A stretch of DNA of 64,000 bases, from the NCBI GenBank assembly GCA_002385625.1, contig DGDV01000039.1, forward strand, positions 124,851-188,850, given 5' to 3'. The number at the start of each line of letters is the position of its first letter. Positions within the stretch are counted from its first letter, which is position 1. Positions 57,191-64,000 of this stretch are shown here, piece by piece. A model generated the notes under the pieces. The model was not told the DNA's origin. It did not search any database and saw only the letters and a list, made by a program, of their open reading frames with translations. The DNA comes from Firmicutes bacterium UBA3943. GTDB lineage: Bacteria > Bacillota > UBA4882 > UBA10575 > UBA3943. A program made the translations under genes and the position numbers.

Positions 57191-58378
57191 ATGGAATTTT
57201 ACTACCGAGCTGTGCAACGTAATGGTACCATTGTTTCTGGTCAGCGAACTGCCCGGACCAAAGAACAACTCTTGGCGGCCCTTAAGTCAGAGGGCTTGTT
57301 GCCCTTGGAGGTGCGGGTGAAGGCCGAGCGGGTCCTGCCCTTATTCTCCCGTGTTTCCGGCCGGGAACTACTGGCTTTTACGCAGCAAATGGCGGGACTG
57401 CTCCAAGCAGGAATACGCTTGAACCGGGCTTTGGAGATCATTACTGACCTTGCCCGGGGTCGGTTGAGATTAACCATTACCCAGATCCAGCAAGACCTTA
57501 ATGAAGGTTTGGCTTTCTCGGCGGCGCTGGAGAAACATCCGTCGGTTTTCAACAGCGCCTATGTAGCGATGGTCCGGGCCGGCGAATCGGCTGGCTTACT
57601 CCCTGAGGTGATGGCGCGGCTGGCTTCCTCAATGGAGCAGGAGCAGGACTTTAAAGGACAAGTCATCACCAGTTTGATGTATCCTTTCTTGGTCACCTTC
57701 GTTAGTATTGTTGCTGTTATCTTCATGCTGACAAATCTGGTACCCAGGTTTCAGACGGTCTTTAAACAATTGGGACAGGAACTGCCGGCCATAACTGCCA
57801 TCGTGCTGGCAATCAGCGGGTTTTTGACGCGATATGGCCTGTTTTTGCTGATCGTCTTGGTTCTGGGTATTGTGTTATTAATCCGGTTGTTTCGCTCTTC
57901 TGCCTTTAAAGACCGTTTGGACCGGTGGCTGTTGGGTCTGCCGTTGGTCGGCAAGATCATAATTCAGGTGGAAACAGAGCGTTTTACCCGTATCTTGAGT
58001 ATGCTAATGCGCAGTGGCGTTCCGCTTTTAAATTGTCTTCTCATCCTTAGCGCGGTGATGGGGAACGGCCATTTGCGGCAAGCCTTGACTGATGCGGCGA
58101 ATTCCGTAAAGGCCGGGGAAGGCCTAGCCCGTTGTTTGGGTGACAAAGCCATTTTTCCGTCGATGTTGGTGGCGATGATCGGCGTCGGGGAGGAAGGCGG
58201 CAATTTAGATGAAATGATGGAAGAAGTGGCTAAAGTATATGCCAGGGAAACCAGGCAGTCCATCCAGAGGATTATCTCCATGGTTGGTCCGGTCATGACT
58301 TTAGGGCTTGCCGGTTTGATCTTCCTGATTGCCTTGGCCATCCTGTTACCCATCTTCCAACTGAATATCATGGGCTAA
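57191..58378 (+). CDS. gspF: GspF/PilC inner-membrane platform protein
   Basis: FTQQ.A.LL.AG, MVRAGE..G.L, L.YP, GEEGG.L; 3 TM segments. Confidence 0.92.
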   Translation: MEFYYRAVQRNGTIVSGQRTARTKEQLLAALKSEGLLPLEVRVKAERVLPLFSRVSGRELLAFTQQMAGLLQAGIRLNRALEIITDLARGRLRLTITQIQQDLNEGLAFSAALEKHPSVFNSAYVAMVRAGESAGLLPEVMARLASSMEQEQDFKGQVITSLMYPFLVTFVSIVAVIFMLTNLVPRFQTVFKQLGQELPAITAIVLAISGFLTRYGLFLLIVLVLGIVLLIRLFRSSAFKDRLDRWLLGLPLVGKIIIQVETERFTRILSMLMRSGVPLLNCLLILSAVMGNGHLRQALTDAANSVKAGEGLARCLGDKAIFPSMLVAMIGVGEEGGNLDEMMEEVAKVYARETRQSIQRIISMVGPVMTLGLAGLIFLIALAILLPIFQLNIMG

Positions 58379-58417
58379 AATGAAGATAAAGGGTATGACA
58401 AGAAGGGGGAAGGACTG

Positions 58418-58885
58418 ATGTCCGTGCAGAAGAAACGCAACCATGACGAGGCTGGTTTTACAATTTTGGAGATTGTAGTGGTTCTGGTGTTAATGGCTGC
58501 TTTGTATGCGGTTGTTATGCCTAACGTCGGTAAACGGATGGATATGGGAAAACAGAAAACAGCCGAGATTCAATTGGGTTTCTTTAAAAGTATGTTAGAA
58601 GAGTATCGTTTGGATAATGGAATGTATCCCACCACGGAACAGGGGTTGGAGGCTTTAGTAACGAAACCGACTATTCCGCCGATCCCGGAGAACTGGAATG
58701 GGCCGTATACCAACGATGAAGCGGGAATTCCCAAAGATCCCTGGAATAGACCCTATGTATACCGTTGCCCCGGTAACCACCGTCCCAATTCCTATGACCT
58801 GTTTTCCATGGGCAGCGACGGGAAAGAAGGGGGCACCGGCAGTGCGGCCGATATCACCAACTGGAAGAACACCAGTAAAGAGTAG
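58418..58885 (+). CDS. gspG: Type II secretion major pseudopilin
   Basis: G|FTILE prepilin site and T2SSG signature YRLDNG.YPTTEQGLEALV.KP...NWNGPY...PKDPW..PY.Y..PG....YDL.S.G.DG.EGG.G..ADI. Confidence 0.93.
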   Translation: MSVQKKRNHDEAGFTILEIVVVLVLMAALYAVVMPNVGKRMDMGKQKTAEIQLGFFKSMLEEYRLDNGMYPTTEQGLEALVTKPTIPPIPENWNGPYTNDEAGIPKDPWNRPYVYRCPGNHRPNSYDLFSMGSDGKEGGTGSAADITNWKNTSKE

Positions 58886-59408
58886 GGGTTTTACCCTTCT
58901 GGAAGTTATTGTTGTCATTGTTCTTATCGCGGCGGTGGCTGGGCTTGTTTGGCCGGAGATGCATAGGAGTATCAAGAAGATCGAAGGGAAATCCGCCCTC
59001 CATCAGATCAAGCGGGATCTGGCCTTGCTAGCCGATGAAGCAAAGGGAACCAATCTTTCGGCCAAAATTGTTTTTACCCCCGGTTCCGGAGAATACCGCC
59101 TGCAATGGGGCGGGAAAAGCGTCAGCCGTTCTCTGCAAGGCCTGGTGTTTCAAGGCGAGAAGACCGTTGTTTTGACCCATAGCTCCACAGGGTCTTGGGT
59201 TGGCCCGGCTGAATTGGTTTTTCGCAATGCGGAGGGGAACAAACTGAGCATATCCACTGGAGCCATCGCCGAGGACCTGGCGAACACTTCCGGCGATGAA
59301 GAGGAGTCTGTCGGGGATGAACTGGATGAGTCGGATGATGACGGGGAATGGGATGAAGGGGCGGAAGCTGCGGATGAGATCCACGTTTCCGAGGAGGGTC
59401 TGTATTAA
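58842..59408 (+). CDS. gspH: Minor pseudopilin (GspH-like) with acidic tail
   Basis: In-frame GTG 58842 after AAGAAGGGGG; RG|FTLLEVIVV. Confidence 0.7.
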   Translation: MRPISPTGRTPVKSRGFTLLEVIVVIVLIAAVAGLVWPEMHRSIKKIEGKSALHQIKRDLALLADEAKGTNLSAKIVFTPGSGEYRLQWGGKSVSRSLQGLVFQGEKTVVLTHSSTGSWVGPAELVFRNAEGNKLSISTGAIAEDLANTSGDEEESVGDELDESDDDGEWDEGAEAADEIHVSEEGLY

Positions 59409-59440
59409 CCTTGAGGAACGGGAGCAAAGGCGGAAGGGAC

Positions 59441-59803
59441 ATGAAGCAAAATGAGTCCGGCTTTACTTTAATTGAGGTTCTTGTGGCTTTACTGATTCTC
59501 AGTCTTGCCATGGGCGCTATTTTGGAGACGATAAACACGGCAATCCGGTTGCGGCAGAAGAGTGGCGAGGGCAATCTCTTGCCGGTTTTGGCCCAGAGTA
59601 AACTGGAAGCAATTATGGCTGGAGAAGAACGGGCCGAGGAGGGTGACTTCGAGTCCCCATGGGATATGTACCATTGGCGGCTTTGGCGTGAAGCCCAAGG
59701 AGACGGCATCATCTTATGGACCCTGCGTATTACCCGGAGGGAGCGAAATGGAACGGAAATTTATCGACTCTCCACGGCCAGGCTGGAACAGGATAAATCT
59801 TAG
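59441..59803 (+). CDS. gspI: Minor pseudopilin (GspI-like)
   Basis: SG|FTLIEVLVALLIL, LAQSKLE, G.F...Y.W. Confidence 0.78.
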   Translation: MKQNESGFTLIEVLVALLILSLAMGAILETINTAIRLRQKSGEGNLLPVLAQSKLEAIMAGEERAEEGDFESPWDMYHWRLWREAQGDGIILWTLRITRRERNGTEIYRLSTARLEQDKS

Positions 59804-60344
59804 CCAAGGTTTTACACTGCTGGAAGTGATTTGTTCCCTGTTGATTGCGGGCCTTGTGGTGCTAACTGTACTGTCAATAGTGAACCAATCCTATGGTTTA
59901 TGGCAAAGAAGTTGGAGCTGGGGCGAGGAGGACAGGGGGATCCGTTTGGTCGCCCGGACTCTTGAAGACTTTTGTGCCAACATTTTCGGCGGGAAGTTGC
60001 CTAAAGGAGAAAAAGAAGGCTTTGTCGGCGAGCCTTTCGAGTTCAGCGGGTTGTTGGAGGGCGAAAAAGGGCTGGCCCGTGCCGGGATGCGGTGGGACGC
60101 CCAGGAAAAGGCCATTTATTACTGGAGGGAGACCGACAAAGGCCTCCGGGAAAAGGTGATCTGTGAAAAAGTGGCTGAAGCTGAATTTAGTTATCTCCAC
60201 CGGGAACGTGGCAGTTGGACAGAGAGTTGGACAGAACAGGCCCCTTTACCGGCTGCTATTCGCCTGCGTTGTAAGACGTCGCAAAAGACCATGCCGGCGG
60301 TTATTGTGCCTATCCAGAACGGCCGTCGGATCTCTGCACCGTGA
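59748..60344 (+). CDS. gspJ: Minor pseudopilin (GspJ-like)
   Basis: QG|FTLLEV and C-terminal W...W....LP.AIRL. Confidence 0.78.
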   Translation: MERKFIDSPRPGWNRINLSQGFTLLEVICSLLIAGLVVLTVLSIVNQSYGLWQRSWSWGEEDRGIRLVARTLEDFCANIFGGKLPKGEKEGFVGEPFEFSGLLEGEKGLARAGMRWDAQEKAIYYWRETDKGLREKVICEKVAEAEFSYLHRERGSWTESWTEQAPLPAAIRLRCKTSQKTMPAVIVPIQNGRRISAP

Positions 60345-60351
60345 GGTGAAA

Positions 60352-61506
60352 ATGATGCCGGAACGGGGGGCTATAACGCTACTGGTCCTATGGGCAGTTT
60401 TGATCATCTCCGCCATGGCCCTGGCTATTGGCTACAACTTGGAGATGGACGCTCTTTTAACACGGCAGTTTCGTGAAGAAGCCCAGTCAAGACAGGATGC
60501 CCGAGCGATATTCTGGTGGATTGTGCATAAACTCCAAACGGACACGGACGATGTGGATACTCCGGACCAATGGATGTTTACCGAAGAAGATTGGAGTTCT
60601 GATCTGGGAACGCTCGCGGGTGAGTGCGCTGTTTTGGACGAGGGAAGCCGGATTAATATCAACACTGCTTCAGAAGTCATGTTGCATAATTTATTTTCCG
60701 TGTATGAAATTGAAAAAACCGTACCGCTCCTCTTGGACTGGCGTGATCCCGATGACGATCCCCGGCCTGGGAGTGTGGACGGCACCGACTATTACGGGAA
60801 AAGAAAGCCGCCTGTCAAAGTCAGAAACGGATTTATTCCCTTGCCCCAAGAGGTACGGCAGATTCGCCACGGGGAAAAGATTTGGCGACGGGTGCAGCAG
60901 GATATTACAGTGTGGGGACCTGCCAACCCCACCTTTATGGAGAGCGATGTTTTAATCAATATTATTGAAGCTGTGGACGAAGAGGGCAAAGAGTTAGATC
61001 CGTCAATCCGCATGGAGATTGCCAACAGATTTATTCTGCTGCGGAATGAGAACAAACTAAACGAACTGGAAGATTTGCTCCAGGTTCATCCCAAGATCAA
61101 CAGGGAACTATTGGATAAGATCGAACCATACATAAGTTTTGAGGGTGTCTTGAACCCTAATTTTCTTTCGGACAGTGTGTTCTACGCCATATTAAAGGGG
61201 TGGAACCTGGAGGAACGGTTGGAGGAGGTTCTGGAAGCCCGGCCTTTTACCAGCAGGGATGTGTTTTCCTCCACACTACGGATGTTAAATCCCGAGCTTT
61301 CGGAGCGGGAGATCTGGTCTCTCTTTACCTTGGAGACGAAAATCTGGAGAATTCAAGTGACAACTCAGCCGACAACGACATCGCGTCGGCTGTGCCTCGA
61401 GGCTGTTGTAGAGAGGAAGCGGGAGGGCGAAGGCCAAAGCTGGAATATTGGCATTTTGAGTTACCGTGAATATTGGCTCTCCGCTGAGGAGGAAGAAGAT
61501 GGCTAA
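60352..61506 (+). CDS. gspK: GspK-like minor pseudopilin
   Basis: RG|AITLLVLW (no E5), DE.SRININTA, LDWRDPDD. Confidence 0.85.
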   Translation: MMPERGAITLLVLWAVLIISAMALAIGYNLEMDALLTRQFREEAQSRQDARAIFWWIVHKLQTDTDDVDTPDQWMFTEEDWSSDLGTLAGECAVLDEGSRININTASEVMLHNLFSVYEIEKTVPLLLDWRDPDDDPRPGSVDGTDYYGKRKPPVKVRNGFIPLPQEVRQIRHGEKIWRRVQQDITVWGPANPTFMESDVLINIIEAVDEEGKELDPSIRMEIANRFILLRNENKLNELEDLLQVHPKINRELLDKIEPYISFEGVLNPNFLSDSVFYAILKGWNLEERLEEVLEARPFTSRDVFSSTLRMLNPELSEREIWSLFTLETKIWRIQVTTQPTTTSRRLCLEAVVERKREGEGQSWNIGILSYREYWLSAEEEEDG

Positions 61507-62860
61507 GGAAATGGTAGGTTTATATCTCAAAGAGGATGGCTGGAGTTTGGCGCAACTGAGCGAAGACGCCAAGACCGTCCTGCATTTTCATGAACGGGAA
61601 TGGCGTTTTGCCGAGCCGGAGGAACGGGCGACAGAACTAAGAAGTTACTGGCAGGAACATCAGTTGCCTAAACAAGTGACGGTAGCGTTTCAAGATCCGG
61701 AGGCCTTATGGAGTCTTTTGGAACTGCCGCCCCTTCAGGAGAAAGAACTGTCCTTAGCTGTTAAAAGTTCCTTGGAAGATATGCTGCCGGTCAATGGGGA
61801 AAATCTCTGGGTATACAGTATTGTTGGACAAAATGAGGACAAGCTGAAGGTTCTTGCCGGCGCGGTCCGGGCTGCCCTTGTCAATGCCTGGGTCAACATT
61901 TTGGAAGAAGCCGGATTGACCCCGGAGGGTTTTGTCTTAAACAGCCAGGCGTTGGCGGCTGCAGCCATTCAAGGTCAAGAACCCACTGCCTTTGTCCTGG
62001 TGGAGGATGCTTGGACCACCATTGGTGTGGCTCAACAAAACATGCCCATCTTTTTCCGGACTTTTGCCACCCCCCAAAATGTGGAGGAGTTAGTCGCGAA
62101 GATCCGTCAGGAATCTTTGGTTACCCGCCACGCCTGGCAGCGACAGGAGGGAGAAAATCCCCAAAAGATTAAGATCATAACCGGTAACCAACAACTGCGG
62201 AAAGGGGATTTTGAAGGCATTTGGGGGTTTTCCGGCGAAGAGATTGAAGTAAGCTACGGTTTTGGTCCCAACACCCCATCCTTGCTTGTGGCTAAAGGTG
62301 CGGCAATTCTCGGCTCTGTTAATACGGGGTTGTTGGTGAAACCAAGATTGCCTTTGGCAGAACGCCGGGGAAAAATTCAGGTGTTCTTAACGTTGGTTGC
62401 TTCCGTTCTGCTTTTAGGCGCAGGTTTTTGGCTGTTTATTAAGGCAAAAGAGACGAGGCGGCAATACCAAGTGGCGTGGATGCAGGAGAACGTCGGGCTG
62501 TGCCGGGAATTGGAACGCTTGGAGACCCAGACCGCCAAACTCCATGCAGAAATTGAGGAATACCGTAAATACCGGGGACAACGTAAGTATTATTTGGAGT
62601 TTTTGAGCCGGTGGCAGAAGATTGTCCCGGAAAACACCGTCCTGACCACGCTCACTTTAGACGGTGCACGGGTAGTCAATCTTTCCGGACAAACGCCTGC
62701 TTTTGCCGAGTTTTTCTCTGCCTTAAACCGGTCTGGCATCTTTAAGGAGATCAAGATTAAGGGCTCCATTATTCACAATCCCAATGGTTATGATGAATTC
62801 ACCTTAAGTGGAGAATTAAAAGAGGAGGTCATCGACGGTGAAACTGGTTCCGGAAAATAA
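61499..62860 (+). CDS. gspL: GspL-like (PilM-like cytoplasmic + TM + PilN-like) protein
   Basis: L.LPPL....L..AV, W...L..AGL.P, single TM, coiled coil and ferredoxin-like C-terminus; position after gspK. Confidence 0.65.
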   Translation: MAKEMVGLYLKEDGWSLAQLSEDAKTVLHFHEREWRFAEPEERATELRSYWQEHQLPKQVTVAFQDPEALWSLLELPPLQEKELSLAVKSSLEDMLPVNGENLWVYSIVGQNEDKLKVLAGAVRAALVNAWVNILEEAGLTPEGFVLNSQALAAAAIQGQEPTAFVLVEDAWTTIGVAQQNMPIFFRTFATPQNVEELVAKIRQESLVTRHAWQRQEGENPQKIKIITGNQQLRKGDFEGIWGFSGEEIEVSYGFGPNTPSLLVAKGAAILGSVNTGLLVKPRLPLAERRGKIQVFLTLVASVLLLGAGFWLFIKAKETRRQYQVAWMQENVGLCRELERLETQTAKLHAEIEEYRKYRGQRKYYLEFLSRWQKIVPENTVLTTLTLDGARVVNLSGQTPAFAEFFSALNRSGIFKEIKIKGSIIHNPNGYDEFTLSGELKEEVIDGETGSGK

Positions 62861-63392
62861 GACCTTCCTCGTAGTTGCCCTGGTGGCAATCCTCATTTTG
62901 GCGGGGATCAAATACCTGGCAAATGGGTCCGGCGAGACCACCACGGTGGTTCCAGGGATCCGGGGGAAAAACTTTAATGAATTGTTTGAAATGGTCAAAA
63001 GGGAAAAGGTAATTCGCGCACGTCACACCAGTCTCACCAAGGCCAGTGAAGAATGGGAGAAGGTTTTTTTGCATGGGGATCGCCTGGAGGCCTGTTTGGC
63101 TTTGTTAAAGTATACCGGAGAATGGGTGAAGGCGAGCGGGATGAAGAATGAAGCTACCAGGATGTTGATGGACATCCCGGAAAAAGGAGGATTTACCATG
63201 GTGGGCCTGGAACTGAGGGGCAGTTCCTCCTTTATAACCATCCGGGATTTTCTGGCCTGTGTGGAAAGGGCGCCGATTGTGATGACGGTTGAATATCTCC
63301 ATCTGGAAAAGACCAAAGAAGATAAGGCCGTTAGGTTTCAAATCAGGCTTGTTGCGCCGACACTGCACAAGAAGGGGGTCGCTAAACCATGA
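62838..63392 (+). CDS. GspM/PilO-like protein
   Basis: N-terminal TM and FL..VE.....V..L.L pattern; position after gspL. Confidence 0.55.
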   Translation: MKLVPENKTFLVVALVAILILAGIKYLANGSGETTTVVPGIRGKNFNELFEMVKREKVIRARHTSLTKASEEWEKVFLHGDRLEACLALLKYTGEWVKASGMKNEATRMLMDIPEKGGFTMVGLELRGSSSFITIRDFLACVERAPIVMTVEYLHLEKTKEDKAVRFQIRLVAPTLHKKGVAKP

Positions 63393-63823
63393 GTCACATG
63401 ATCAAGACCGCGACCCGTTGGTTGTTTTTCATTTCATTAATCTTCTTTATCAGCGGTCTGCTTTCGCTCTTCCGCAGTAAACCCCAGTTGGATGTGGTGC
63501 CGGTGGCCGCCGGCGATTTCCGTTATCCCGGCCCGCAGAAGCAAAGACCTGTGGCGAATGTGGCCAATATCGCTTCGCCTTTCTCTCCGGAGATGGAAGC
63601 TCCGGCGGGAATGGATGATGGGGCCATGGTTGATTCGCAATTGATCCTCTTTGGTACCTTAGCTGGAGAAAATCCCCGGGCCATTGTTGCGGAGAAGGCC
63701 GATCCGACGGTAACGCATATAGTTAAGTTGGGCGATGAAATTGCCGGGGAGAAGGTTATGACTATTGGGAAAGGATTTATTGAGGTTATGGCGCAGGGAC
63801 GGAAGATCCGGGTGGAACAATAG
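63389..63823 (+). CDS. GspC/PilP-like protein
   Basis: N-terminal TM, Pro-rich linker with SPF, L.L.GT......AIV......IVK.GDEI.G.KV..I....I HR-domain pattern. Confidence 0.6.
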   Translation: MSHMIKTATRWLFFISLIFFISGLLSLFRSKPQLDVVPVAAGDFRYPGPQKQRPVANVANIASPFSPEMEAPAGMDDGAMVDSQLILFGTLAGENPRAIVAEKADPTVTHIVKLGDEIAGEKVMTIGKGFIEVMAQGRKIRVEQ

Positions 63824-63892
63824 TTTACGGACCGGTTTGCCGTGACGGGGGGATTGAAAGGCCCCAAATAATATGTTATTATATCTAAGCAC

Positions 63893-63969
63893 CTCCCCGT
63901 AGCTCAGCTGGATAGAGCAACGGCCTTCTAAGCCGTGGGCCACAGGTTCGAATCCTGTCGGGGAGGCCA
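63893..63969 (+). tRNA. tRNA-Arg (anticodon TCT)
   Basis: Acceptor CTCCCCG/CGGGGAG, D arm GCTC/GAGC, anticodon arm ACGGC-CTTCTAA-GCCGT, GGTTCGAATCC T loop, encoded CCA. Own promoter TTGAAA-N17-TATTAT at 63854-63882. Confidence 0.97.
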
Positions 63970-64000
63970 TATTTTAATCCATAGTTTAGAAGGGAATATA

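Noticed and set aside
58698-58841. Long N-terminal extension or missing start for gspH
   Set aside because: An in-frame GTG at 58842 with a purine-rich RBS gives a normal prepilin leader, so no frameshift or odd start is needed.
63659-63970. 103-aa - strand ORF MASPTGFEPVAHGLEGRCSIQLSY
   Set aside because: This is the antisense translation of tRNA-Arg.
55300-64000. Gsp operon as an island integrated at tRNA-Arg
   Set aside because: No integrase and no duplicate of the tRNA 3' end in the window; the operon lies upstream of the tRNA.

Overview
This is a 64-kb chromosomal window from an endospore-forming Bacillota (Firmicute) with moderately high GC, almost entirely on the + strand. Core content: cmk, an ispH-rpsA fusion, a tightly packed ~12-kb sporulation/germination run (DUF1614, spoIIP, two DUF3189 genes, spoVAE, three acyl-CoA-dehydratase/activase-like genes, a gerK-type receptor, MenA-like prenyltransferase, polyprenyl synthase), a D,D-carboxypeptidase, dnaE, rplU-prp-rpmA, obgE-yhbY-proB-nadD-RRM-yqeK-rsfS, T-box-leuS, spoIVB-spo0A-steA-steB-GT2-MraY-like, an IclR regulator, a 10-gene Gsp-type (T2SS-like) operon with no secretin, and tRNA-Arg(TCT). 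An ~18-kb accessory block separates rpmA from obgE. It holds gene remnants, a VmlR/CplR-like ABC-F with a clear uORF attenuator, an MNT antitoxin with a broken HEPN toxin, a secreted beta-rich protein, a gingipain-family (C25) protease fused to three FN3+CBM25-like repeats, and a MoxR-DUF58-DUF4129-DUF4350-SpoIIM-RDD module. The best candidates for undescribed biology are the putatively starch-targeted C25 protease, the secretin-less Gsp system in a spore former, the spo0A-linked SteAB-glycosyltransferase module and the sporulation super-operon. All family calls come from motif recognition by eye; no database search was run.
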